64,000 bases of DNA from Haplodiscus bocki (taxonomy: Eukaryota). Position 1 is the stretch's first letter; every line of letters starts with the position of its first letter. The stretch spans positions 120,218,001 to 120,282,000 of the forward strand of contig OZ296649.1 of assembly GCA_965655095.1 (NCBI GenBank), in the 5' to 3' direction. This document shows positions 37,301-48,159 of this stretch, one piece after another. The notes below the pieces were generated by a model. The model had not been told where the DNA came from, did not search any database, and worked only from the letters and a program-made list of their open reading frames with translations. The translations under genes were made by a program, and so were the position numbers.

Positions 37301-40300
37301 TTCCACGAATGCGCGCCTATTTTAAATATAAGGCTAATCAACTACTATACTACTCACACTTCGTACTCTTTACACTTGTATATAAACTTATGAGAATTAA
37401 CTGAGTTAAATAAGTTTTTTCCCTCGGAGTTTGGATTTCTTTGAGGCAGGTAGAGTTCAACTGCTTTTGATTATGGCGGTTTTTTTTCGTGTCTGCGTCC
37501 TTTTCGAAAGCCCTCAAGCGTTTCGATACACGCGGTTGCAGTGCGCATCTCCAAAAGGGACCTGCAAGTCAAAATGCCAGCCTTCACACTTTGTTGTTTT
37601 CTCACCAAGCCTTCAAATATAGCTTTTCTTTTTTCCCGAACATCCGGAGGGTTTTCGATTTTTTTCAGAACTTTATATGTTTCCTGGAAATCGCAAAGCT
37701 CATCAATGCTTTCAATTTTCTGTAGTCTATTCCTTGATTGTCGCAGATGTCAGAAACAGTATCACAATGAAAGAGAAAGATGCTTTTATTCGGCCGATTT
37801 CAAATGCTGTGGTGGAATGTATCTTATGTCAGTTCAGGTATTTTTTCATAGTGCTTCTTCAAACCTAGCTTTTTTGGTTGAAGCCCTGACCAGGATGAAA
37901 TTAGGAGCAAGATAGTACAACATAGAATTATTGTTGAAAAGGTCATGGCAGCGAGTTCTAAGTCTAACGGAATTCGATCGGGGAATGACGTAGGTGTTAC
38001 ACTGAGTATTGAGTGGATAGTATTTTCCCCGTTTTGTTGACCAAGAGAGCATAACTGCAAGCAGGTGTAACATGCCCAAGTTTTTCATGGCTGCTGTAAG
38101 CTCGATAAAGAGTTGGTGCAAACTTGAACGTGCCGTCGGCTAGTCAATTTGATGATGCTCGCTAGAGTATAGACATCTCATCGTCTCCCAAAAGCAGAAT
38201 GCGGTCGCTGTCCTCCTTGCCCGTATCAGTCAAAAAGAACATTGAGAACACTTCAGAGACGTTCTCACTGGGGTGTGGTGGCTCAACTTTATCTTCACTG
38301 GCACCAACGCATTGCTCACTGCCACTGACAGTTTGCGTATGCACTGGCTTCCTTTATCTGTGAAATATTTTCCCATTTTCCGGAATCAGTGTCATGGTAA
38401 TGTTCGCCGTTTATTTCACTAATTTCTATTGTAAATGGTACTGCTGTTACGGGGCACTTTTTTCATACCTTCAACTATTAGTGTAGGCTTGCCTTTAGAG
38501 GGAGTGGTAAATATTATTTCATTAACATTAGTTGCAACAGGAAACAGATTGTTGCAATATTTTCAGTCATAAATGAGATTAATTCAAACTATGTTTACTT
38601 GCATTTGTGAATTTTTTTTACCTGATTCACTAGGACGCTATTGTCAGTAGGCTGTAAAATAATTGTTAAACTAGAGCTGTTTAACTGTGTTTCGAGAATT
38701 GATAATCAATGTAAAAATGCGCTCAATGTGTGACTCTGTTTTCGTGACAAAAGTTTCAGTAACCACTTAGTTCATTGCTTCTACTGATTTGGTTTGACGC
38801 TGTAACGTAATTAGGTTTTGGATTCAATTGATGGTTGGATGAAATTTTCTGGGGGTCAATTGAAAGTGGGTTAAATTGTACCTGGGGTGAAGTAAACTTG
38901 GACCCCGAGAGAAATGCGAGACAATTCCCCGTAGCTGCAGTATAATCCGATAGTGTATAGGCAATTACAAGCTCACGTCGTTTGACCACTTTCTAGGGAA
39001 CTGTCCCTTGACAGCGGGCGTCCTTGTTATATATGTATGTCCATCATGGATCCGAAAATAGTATCATTTTGTTCCACGAATTCTGGAGTTTTGTTTCTAT
39101 AATTATACTTTTGCAAACTTGTACTATAACGCAGGCTTCTTTTTCTCCGAACTGTTCTCGACTTGCATTTGTGCCTGTATTCTGTTGTTGCCTAGATTTT
39201 GAGCATGCGCTCTCGCCTTCGCTCTAAATATTGTTCATGCGCTCTAGCTGTTGAAAAAATTGGGTCACGTAGCATATTTCCACGAATGCGCGCCTATTTT
39301 AAATATAAGGCTAATCAACTACTATACTACTCACACTTCGTACTCTTTACACTTGTATATAAACTTATGAGAATTAACTGAGTTAAATAAGTTTTTTCCC
39401 TCGGAGTTTGGATTTCTTTGAGGCAGGTAGAGTTCAACTGCTTTTGATTATGGCGGTTTTTTTCGTGTCTGCGTCCTTTTCGAAAGCCCTCAAGCGTTTC
39501 GATACACGCGGTTGCAGTGCGCATCTCCAAAAGGGACCTGCAAGTCAAAATGCCAGCCTTCACACTTTGTTGTTTTCTCACCAAGCCTTCAAATATAGCT
39601 TTTCTTTTTTCCCGAACATCCGGAGGGATTTCGATTTTTTTCAGAACTTTATATGTTTCCTGGAAATCGCAAAGCTCATCAATGCTTTCAATTTTCTGTA
39701 GTCTATTCCTTGATTGTCGCAGATGTCAGAAACAGTATCACAATGAAAGAGAAAGATGCTTTTATTCGGCCGATTTCAAATGCTGTGGTGGAATGTATCT
39801 TATGTCAGTTCAGGTATTTTTTCATAGTGCTTCTTCAAACCTAGCTTTTTTGGTTGAAGCCCTGACCAGGATGAAATTAGGAGCAAGATAGTACAACATA
39901 GAATTATTGTTGAAAAGGTCATGGCAGCGAGTTCTAAGTCTAACGGAATTCGATCGGGGAATGACGTAGGTGTTACACTGAGTATTGAGTGGATAGTATT
40001 CATTTCAGTGTTACATTTTTGCTTGGCTCGTTAGTGAAACTGCCGACTATTGGTTTGGCTTTTTTGTTGCGACACTGGTTCGCATTTCGAATCGATCCAC
40101 TTGAGAGTTGCCTGAATTTCTGAGGCCATGAATTTGCCATACCTTCAGAATTGTCTGAAATAGGCAACAGAAATACCTTCCTTCTTTTCATACACCGAAA
40201 AAACTTGAAATGAGAATTCCAAATCTTTTCGTGATATCCCTTCGAATATACCAAGAAAAAACTCGCAAACGCAAGTTCTCAAAATTTTCAGTGTGATCTT

Positions 40301-40879
40301 TTTTTGGCAAGGTACCACTAATTTTCCAAATAGCATCTTAAACATTAGACTGTTAAAGGGCGCGACTTGAAAAGACATGATTGATATATCAAGTTTTTGT
40401 TTATGACAGTGAGGCAGGTGTTCGTCTCTATTAGGTGACTCAGAAAAAAAAACGAATTTTACTTTTTGTTAAATAGCTACCAAAAATGCGGGCTCCTGAA
40501 GCGCAAATTTACTAAATTATGCTAGAAATACGGTAAGATTTGGCGGAAATGGATATCACTCAAAGCTTGTCTGGTGGTTATTGAAATTTGCGAAAATTCA
40601 TTTTTAATAGTACAAGTGCTCAAAAAGGTTTATCGTCCATGGAAAATAAGGTGTAGTTCGAGAAAAGGTTTCAAACAGCAGTCACCGAGAAACAGAGCTG
40701 AAAGCTTCCTGCTGGCCTCAAAATCAGAAAATTTCCCTCTTGAAGGCCTTTCGAAAAGCTCTGAAAAGCATTCAATTTTGAGTTTTGATCAAAATACGAG
40801 CTAAAATACGCTCGGTGTACCAAATAACAGGCTTGGATATGAGCATTTCTGAAAACCCGAAATACAGTTTCTTAGCCTG

Positions 40880-41700
40880 TACAGCTCTGTGAGAGAAGAG
40901 TATTACTTTTTTGAGTAATTATTGGAACATACCTATACTTGCGTAATACTGAAAACCAACTGAAAATCACAAAATATGATCAGAACAAAAGTTTCTCCGA
41001 ATTTTAACTAGTTTACAATCGTGTTTATTTGAAATCTCTACGATTATCAGTAGTTTTTTTTTGAGAATTTGTGTCTGCATGCAATAATGTAGGAAGTTGT
41101 TTTTGCATAACGTCTTTCGATTTTCCAAATGACTTGTACTCCGTTTGTGTTTACCTTTTCTATATTGTGAAGATGCCGATCATCTGCTGAGTAGACTCAC
41201 GAGCTTGCAGCTCGCCAGTGTTTACACTTTCGAAGAACATAGACCATCGTAGTAAATACAACCTTTACCACAATAACTTTTAGAAGATAATATTCCTCAA
41301 AGATTGCCTATGTTCTTCGAGAGCTCAAATACTGGCGAGCTGCAAACGTGAATGTGTAATCTGTAGATGAGGATCATCTTGACAATATATAAAATGTAAA
41401 CAAAAACTGAGTCCAAGGCACTTGAGACGTTGAAAGTTGTGATGCAGAACCAAATTGTTTCCTTGTTACCTCTAAATGCAAACTTTGAAAAGATAATCTT
41501 ATAGTAATCGTGGAAGTTTCGAACAGACGCCATTGTAAACTAGATAAAATTTTGGGGAACTTTTGTGTCCATTTATTTTAAATTTCAGTTGTTTTTGAGT
41601 ATTTCGCAAGTATCTTTTGTTCCAATAATTACACTCAAAAAAAAGGTTGCTCTCACTACATTCTTTTTCCACTCTACTGTCTTTTCTCACACTATTGTAT
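40880..41700. repeat. Large imperfect inverted repeat, arms ~40880-41250 and ~41300-41700, ~50-bp spacer
   Basis: The left arm (aattattggaaca..atacttgcgtaatactgaaaaccaactgaaa..ctagtttacaat..tgcagctcgccagtg..tcgaagaacatag) aligns colinearly with the reverse complement of the right arm (aattattggaaca..atacttgcgaaatactcaaaaacaactgaaa..ctagtttacaat..tgcagctcgccagta..tcgaagaacatag). Confidence 0.9.
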
Positions 41701-42400
41701 GTATATACGCGCTGCATACGATCGATTTCCTGCCCAAAATATCCGATATTGGCAAACAATGCGGTGAGACTTCTTTCAAGTCTCTCATTTTGCCTTTCAA
41801 TCATCAGAATTGGCAGCTCTACTAGTTATGAAAGTTTGATAATGCCGTGACCATTTCAGTTTCCGATAATGAACGTTGTCTAGACTTGTTTAACCGAAAT
41901 GATGCGCTTTTTTACTTTAATATTTCGAATGATAAACAAGCGATGCTAGAACTTCTCAAGGATTTTCGTGTGTTGGGAATTATCAGCCATTTTGAGAGCT
42001 CCAAATTCAAAACATGTTTCGTTTTTTTTTAGGTCACTTAGTATAGTTTTTTTCGATCAAACGCTTGATTATTTATTGCTCTCAGAATTCTCACTGTGTC
42101 AATTACGTCAGCGATCGTGTTATCAAATAATTTTGAGGATATATGGGTATATTTTTCAAAATTCGTTTAATTCTGGTCAGCATGTGTTGCAAAGCCTCCG
42201 CTTCGCTTCTTTTATTATAATGTCTGAGAAAGTCTTAACGTTCTTTCGGTGATGCTAAAAAGCGGGCAAATAAGTTTCCAGCTATTAAAGCGAGGGAGTC
42301 AGTCAATCAAATCTGTAACAGAGTTGACAGGATTGAAAATTTCACCGGTATATTCGGGTATGTTTACACGCGCTGACTTAAAACGATTATTCTTTAGGCA
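41300..42400 (-). pseudogene. Probable heavily eroded Penelope-like retroelement (RT C-terminus + GIY-YIG endonuclease remnant)
   Basis: Ordered fragments: TCFEFG..NSQH; YRK.KWS; LTALFANIGY..QEIDR; KFYLVYNGVCS; WFCITTFNVS; SVFVY..YIVK..RLH..SSPVFE. These resemble the PLE thumb, linker and VVY..YIG(K/Q)T..EH..SPV region. The 3' part is duplicated in inverted orientation, as is known for PLEs. By-eye similarity only. Confidence 0.45.
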
Positions 42401-42954
42401 GTCAAGTTCCAAATTCCTGGTTTTCTTGGGTGACATACCTAATCACTTAAAGTGAGTTGAGGTCAACAAGATCAGTTGCTAAAATTATCATATCGTTCTT
42501 TGGTTCCCTTTGGGGACGCACTTCCAATTGTCTCTGGTTGAGGAGGTGAATGCAATCTAAAAATCGGACTCTCAATTTGGGAGGCAGAGAAACCCAGTGG
42601 GAGGAATCTTGAGATTATGCAAAGAAAATAATTATCCTTTCTCATTATTCTAACTAGCTTCATTTCACCAAACTCTATCATGTATCTCACCTCCTGCTTA
42701 AGAAACGGGAGAAGTTACCTTGTACAACATTATGTTGAATTTTAATTAGAAAGTCCACCCACTGTTGTTTGTGACGCCTCAAGTAAATTCTCTGATCTGA
42801 TCATTCTGGTCACTTCCCTTGATGTTCCTTGTATAAGCCTTTGATAACGTTCTCTTCTGATGAACTTCTTGTGTCTAGTAATGACGTCGTTACCAGGAGT
42901 AGCAGAACCATCATGAATATTTGCTCATATAGGACAATTTTTGGCCAAAACAAT

Positions 42955-43450
42955 ATTATGATGCAAATACAGTAGCCAGTTCATACCACCAAACCCATTG
43001 TACCACCAAGAATCATACTGATGTTATTCTATTCGGTGGCGGTTCTATAATTTTCCGACCGAGAGACTAATAATGAAAAGTACTAACAAAAAAGTTATTG
43101 CAACAACTAAGAATGAGCAACAATGGGGCTCTTTTCTGTTTTTCCCGCACCTGTGAAAATTCAGTCATTTGCCAATTACTGAATTTTCCAGGCACTAAAT
43201 TTTGATGGTAAAAGCTATTTTTTTTGTTGGTGGGGAACAACAAGCTGTAAATTAAAGCTCGCCCTTCCGCTGTTTTTTTCCATAATTGAAACTTCTCTGT
43301 CACGCAGTGAAAGAGTAAATGTTTCATTTTCCTGATTCCGCAGGACTGGTGCCAGATAAGAAATTTTGCTCGATAGTGCCGACAGCCCTTACAAAAACTA
43401 TTTCCCCATAGCAGCGCTAACTATGGTACCATATTTGCAACCAATAAGTC
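42955..43450 (-). pseudogene. Possible frameshifted DEG/ENaC (ASIC-like) channel C-terminal fragment
   Basis: Ordered fragments: RCYGEIVF; FTACCSPPTKKIAFTIKI; NNFFVSTFHY*SLGRKIIEPPPNRITSV; ILGGTMGL; GM; LATVF. They parallel the DEG/ENaC thumb cysteines, last beta strands and TM2 (GG-x-M/LGL..G..T). Several frameshifts are needed. Confidence 0.35.
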
Positions 43451-44078
43451 TAGTCATATTGGACTAGCGACCGGAGCATCGGTGACTTTGTCCATTTCTA
43501 TTTTTCATCAAAATTTTTCGGTTAAATATAAATATATTTTTGAAATTTCTGTAGGCGAATGCAATCCAAATAGTAAATGTAGCAGTCCGGAGGAAAACTG
43601 GTTGTAACTTTTTGGAAATATTGGATTTAATTTAATTTACCCTGTGTGTATTTAAAGGCATCAAAATTTTAATACTTTAATTTCAAATTCAAAACTTATT
43701 GTTATACAGATACAAACTTTGGCGTGTATCACCCCAACATTGTTACTGCCGAAAATTGGGTCTGATTTAATTGGGCGGTATAAATAGGTTACACTGTGTT
43801 ATGAGGAAAATCGCCTCGTTTCTGGAGATGTATATTGCTTGAGTTCTATAAATTAATAGAACTCCACAATAATTTTTCCGTTCGATTTATGAAAGGATGG
43901 CTTTTCAGCAGATTTCCTAAAAGTATTATTTTGTTTGAATTACTACAGCCCGTGTGGATACATAGGTGTAAATACGATGTAAACAAAGCTTTTTTGCAAT
44001 CTGTTAATCCATTGATTGAAAAGGTGCCTTGATGATATGTAATCCTGGATTTGCAAATGTTGGATTGATTCAGATAAG

Positions 44079-45080
44079 ATGACCTCGATTTCTCAAAACA
44101 AGGATGGGGCTTTGTTGCATTCTGAAACTACCAGTCTGGACCACTCTGAATTCACTAACGCTACCTCCGCCTCTCGGAACAGATTCTTGACACAGGGGGA
44201 GAATGTATTTGCTCACAATGCCTGGGACGACGTAATTTGGGATGAAGAGATGATATCTTCTGCGGAAAAGTCTATCCAGCTAAATTCCTCCAATAAAATG
44301 ACGTCACAAGACGCTGATGATGTTCTAAAAAATGCGGCCCAAAATTGGGATAAGTTCTACGGGGTGCATGAACATAAATTTTTCAAGGACAGAAATTGGC
44401 TTCTGAAGGAGTTCCCTGAACTGGATGACTCTGAATCTTTGTCTACTCCGGCACCAGAGTCGGATGCAAGTGCAAAATCCAGGCACTTCAAAGTCCTGGA
44501 AACCGGATGCGGGGTCGGCAACACTGTTTTCCCGCTTTTACAGTACACCGTTTCTAAAAGTAATTACTTCATTTACGGATGCGATTTTTCGCATGAGGCT
44601 ATCAGGTTAACACATGAGAACCCTTTGTATGATAGAAACCGTTGTTCAACATTTGTATGGGATTTGACAAATGTAGACTTTGTGCCTGAATTTGAAGAGT
44701 GTTCTTTGGATGTCATAGTCATGATTTTTGTTTTATCGGCCATTCAGCCCAAAGTGTTTCAAACTGTTTTGTCGAATTTAGCCCGGTTTTTGAAGCCTGG
44801 AGGTGTTTTACTATTCCGTGATTACGGACGCTACGACATGGCCCAACTTCGTTTTAAACAAGGGCGTTGTATTGGCACAAACTTTTACTGTCGTGGAGAC
44901 GGTACGCAAGTTTATTTTTTCACCCAAGAAGAATTGCATAATCTTATGACCGGAAGTGGATTACGGAAAGTACAAAACATTATTGATCGACGCTTGCAGG
45001 TAAATAGAGGCAAACAAATTAAGATGTACCGGGTTTGGATACAATGCAAATACGAGAAACCCCTTGAAGTTACAGTCTAG
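44079..45080 (+). CDS. METTL2: tRNA N3-methylcytidine (m3C32) methyltransferase, METTL2/Trm140 family; single coding exon, 333 aa
   Basis: Family motifs: VFAHNAWDDV, WDKFY..HEHKFFKDRNWLLKEFPEL, SAM motif VLETGCGVGNTVFPLL, YGCDFS, IFVLSAI, LKPGGVLLFRDYGRYDMAQLRFK, FYCRGDGTQVYFF, DRRLQVNRGKQIKMYRVWIQCKY. The HNAWD N-terminus and RRLQVNR tail fit METTL2/8 rather than METTL6. In-frame TAA upstream at 44040. Confidence 0.95.
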   Translation: MTSISQNKDGALLHSETTSLDHSEFTNATSASRNRFLTQGENVFAHNAWDDVIWDEEMISSAEKSIQLNSSNKMTSQDADDVLKNAAQNWDKFYGVHEHKFFKDRNWLLKEFPELDDSESLSTPAPESDASAKSRHFKVLETGCGVGNTVFPLLQYTVSKSNYFIYGCDFSHEAIRLTHENPLYDRNRCSTFVWDLTNVDFVPEFEECSLDVIVMIFVLSAIQPKVFQTVLSNLARFLKPGGVLLFRDYGRYDMAQLRFKQGRCIGTNFYCRGDGTQVYFFTQEELHNLMTGSGLRKVQNIIDRRLQVNRGKQIKMYRVWIQCKYEKPLEVTV

Positions 45081-46339
45081 GGGAACGTGTTTTCGGTCTA
45101 TTGACTTGGGAAAAATATAGTGACTTGGGTAGGTTGCTTTGATTTGGGAGAAAAGGAAATTACTAGTTTCCTTCTTTGATGGGAGACCCCGCCATGATGG
45201 CCTCCAGAAGAAGGTGCAAGATTGGATTGTAAAGCATAAAATTGGCTAGCTCACTGTGAAATTCCTGAAAATTATCGATCAAGAACATGGGTGCGACGCT
45301 TCAATTGTTCTGTGCGAAACCTCGGACTTTTGGTAATTGCTGCAAAATGAAAGAAATCCAATCATGAAAATTGCTCCAAATTACTTTGGTATCTCTGCGG
45401 ACAATCTAACGCTACTTGAACCCGGCTCCGCCATCCCTTATACAGAAGCTCTCTTTTGTGCAGATGCAAGAAGTAACTTTTCGTTCTTCTATAATTTAAA
45501 CTTCAACCTGGTAAATTTGGGGAAGCTGTTGCGTCAATATTTTATTCAGAGCTGATAAACTAGAACCCTCCTACTTTGGCTCCCTTGGGCCTACGTTGTA
45601 GTGAAAATCTGGGCTCTGAAGGTGGTTGAAGTTCAACTAAGTATTTACCAAACGAATTATATGCGCAATCTTTTTTTGTGAAAAGCTGAGATTTGTTGGT
45701 GCCTCCTGTTTATAAATTGTCAAGTCTTATTCCTCAAATTCTCTGTTTGCTATTTAAATTTCAAAGGGGTAGAGATAGCGATATCTTCGCACTTGCCTAA
45801 GTTTCTTGTGTTGACAGTAAGATTTAGAATAGAAGTAAACAGCGGAAGTTGACTTGTGGAATTATAATTCCCTGGTCATGTTCGATAAATGTCCTTTAAT
45901 CAATATTTCGCTCCCAAGAGGGGAAAGTTTGATCTTTTGTATAATTATAAGCACCAGGAGTGAAATTGGTGGGTTTGAAATAAAAAGTTTGCCAGTATGT
46001 TGTTTACAAAAAAGGAAAGATTTAAAAAACATATTTTGTTCATATTTGCTTAACTGCCGTAGTTTTTTGAACCTTGAAAAACCAGGTATCAGGTTTTCAC
46101 CCTCCCGTGAAAGGAAACTGAAAAGTTTCTCGTGTTTTGTGAGGATCTGCTCTGACTTTCCTAATAAAAATCTGAAGCTCAGCGATAGTTTTTGAAGGTG
46201 CTAAAACTCTTTGTCTCATGCAGTTTTTCACATCTATCTGTTTTCATTGGTTAATCATTCTGAATCCGATCTGTCGTTTTTTGGCCTAGGAGGATAAGCA
46301 GTGTGAAGTCGCACATTTCAATATGTCTGTCTGCTTCTT

Positions 46340-47190
46340 GAATATTTTTTATTTTTCGCCGCATATTTATAATATGCAAGAAAAATTATTCATTCAATAG
46401 GGTCGTTTTTCTTTTTTTTTCAGTCCAATTTTCCCAACTCTTTTTTATTCCAAAATAAATGCCAGCAGTGGGGTTAGGACAAAAGTTTCTCAAGCAGTAG
46501 GTCCGGGTTCGAATCTTTGTCGTATCAGATATTTTTATGATTTCACTGACATTTGTCAGAATTTCCAATTGTTCCCATGGCACAGTCGGTAGCATAACAA
46601 AGTTCTGAAGTGGTAGGTACGGGTTCGAACCCCAGCCTTTAGCTACATTTTTTAACTTTATTAATACGATGGAAAACCGTGATACCCCCCTCTTATGCAC
46701 GAAAATTTCCGATACCAGAATTTTTCTGAAACCAGGAAGCGTTCCTCTACGAAATGTTTCGGCACTCTGCGACAAAAAATTATCGACGAAAAATTGTGAT
46801 ACTCCTTCCCCCCTTGTCAATAAAAATTTTCTGAAACACAGACGGGTTCCTCTACGAAATGTTTCGGAACTGTGAGACAAAAAAATTCAACGGAAAATCA
46901 TGATAACTCCCCTTCTTATCCATAAAATTTTCCGATGCCCCAAATTTTCTGAAACACCGAAGGGTTCACCTCTGATTTCTTTCGGGACTGTGAAACAAAA
47001 AAATTCCAACGGAAAATCGTGGTGTACCCCCATTTTTGCATAAAGTATAGAAATCAGTGTAGGAATTGGTGTTTGTAGAAAACCTTTGGAATCTAGATTC
47101 AAAACAGTAGCCTCGTTTAACGGCAAAAGTTGATCAAAATATTTGTAGTTGGGCGGAAAATATGCCGGTGGTTGCCAGCCGTGTTGTTCT
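46340..47190 (+). mobile_element. Composite non-autonomous repeat: two tRNA-like heads, 3-4 internal ~105-120-bp subrepeats, GC-rich hairpin terminus
   Basis: B boxes at 46506 and 46622. Subrepeat anchors gtgatac(c)n at 46679, 46796, 46900 and 47019. Ends ..gccggtggttgccagccgtgttgtt at ~47187. Boundaries approximate. Confidence 0.55.
46571..46647 (+). other. tRNA-derived (SINE-head-like) sequence with Pol III A and B boxes; not a functional tRNA
   Basis: A box TGGCACAGTCGG (46578-46589) and B box GGTTCGAACCC (46622-46632). Acceptor and anticodon stems do not pair. A more decayed unit lies at ~46460-46525. Confidence 0.6.
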
Positions 47191-47493
47191 ACATTCGTTA
47201 AGTCAATAACTTGTGTAGTTAGAAAATACACGAAGCTCTTAACCTCGGTGCGTGTTTCCCCTCAAATTTCCGTTTTTCAGCAGATACTTGGGTCTAAATC
47301 CAAGGCTCATTGATGAAGTCAACATTGAGTGTTTGTCATTGTCTAAATTTCTGCTTTGAAGTAACTATCTTATCAGTTACCATTTCATTCATCTTTCGTT
47401 TTATCGGCTTGAAGTCTTTTCAGGATTACATGCAGCTGAAAAAACTGAGTCACCCTTGACAATCTGGTCAGAAAATCTTTGTTTTCAAGTTGC

Positions 47494-47544
47494 TCATAAA
47501 TGAAAAATTCGAGTGTTGTCATAAATGAAAAATTCGAGTGTTGT
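47494..47544. repeat. Perfect 25-bp tandem duplication
   Basis: tcataaatgaaaaattcgagtgttg occurs twice in tandem. Confidence 0.9.
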
Positions 47545-47755
47545 ATCACAGGCTGCTTTTCCCCCGATCGTTACAACTCGCATTTATGCCTAGATTCGAA
47601 TGTTGCCTCATGCACCCTCGCGTTCTTGCAATAATTTGTCCATTTTCTCGCTGCAAAAATTTGTTCACGTGGCCTATTTTCATGCCTGCATGCTTTAATT
47701 AAATATAAGGCGAATGAACTGCTATAGCTGTTGTACTTGTTACACTTATGCAGTA
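47543..47755 (+). repeat. Diverged dispersed copy of the non-transposase spacer of the macrosatellite monomer
   Basis: Colinear matches to ~2855-3085: atc(a/g)caggc..tttt, gcattt(a/g)tgcct, aaaaatt..tcacgtggc(c/a)tattt, aatataaggc(g/t)aat(g/c)aact(g/a)ctata, gtact..ttacactt. Confidence 0.75.
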
Positions 47756-48159
47756 GTTTTAAAAACAAACGCATCAAGGAACTGAAAATAGACCTAATTT
47801 GAGAAATCTCATTGGCTAATTAAAATAAATAAGCATTTTTTTTGATCCGCACTTTTTCCTAATTTTGAGTGGGTGTAAAATTCTTCCGCCAAACTTTTCT
47901 TCCAAAAAAATCCCTGATGCTGAAGCCACTGATACCTTTTGAGATCAAAGTTATGTAGAGTTTTTCCATAAAATTAAAATTCTAAATTGGCAAATTTGAA
48001 AATCCTATCTTAATACATGTAAAATCGAAAATCGGTTATTTTGGCCTGGAATAGCCAGACACGGTGCCACTTGTATGGCTCAAAATACTCGTAGAACGGA
48101 GTTGATTTTGATATTTAAAAAACGTACTTTGGTTTAGGTTTTGGTATAATATATAAAAA

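Larger units (their letters stand above)
1..40000. repeat. Tandem macrosatellite, ~1975-bp monomer, ~21 copies (two shortened to 1361 bp); open at the left window edge
   Basis: The same marker recurs at 1907, 3865, 5825, 7801, 9776, ~11137, 13111, 15083, 16444, 18412, 20380, 22356, 24332, 26310, 28287, 30263, 32238, 34213, 36188 and 38162 (spacings 1958-1978 bp, twice 1361 bp). Monomers differ only by scattered SNPs and small indels. Similarity ends after ...GAGTGGATAGTATT at ~40000. Confidence 0.99.

Noticed and set aside
1-40000. rDNA, 5S, histone, snRNA or spliced-leader RNA tandem cluster
   Set aside because: No recognisable rRNA, histone, U snRNA or tRNA sequence in the monomer, and most of it is explained by the MULE relic. 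A very divergent small RNA in the spacer cannot be excluded without an Infernal/Rfam search.
501-40003. Recurrent 60-160 aa ORFs in the array as a tandem multigene family
   Set aside because: They are antisense or off-frame reads, or fragments of the broken transposase. Their lengths change with homopolymer indels between copies and many begin at non-ATG codons.
46386-47231. 164-aa and 114-aa ORFs as genes
   Set aside because: They run through the ~120-bp subrepeats and tRNA-like heads; the repeated ETFRRGT peptide reflects the DNA repeat.
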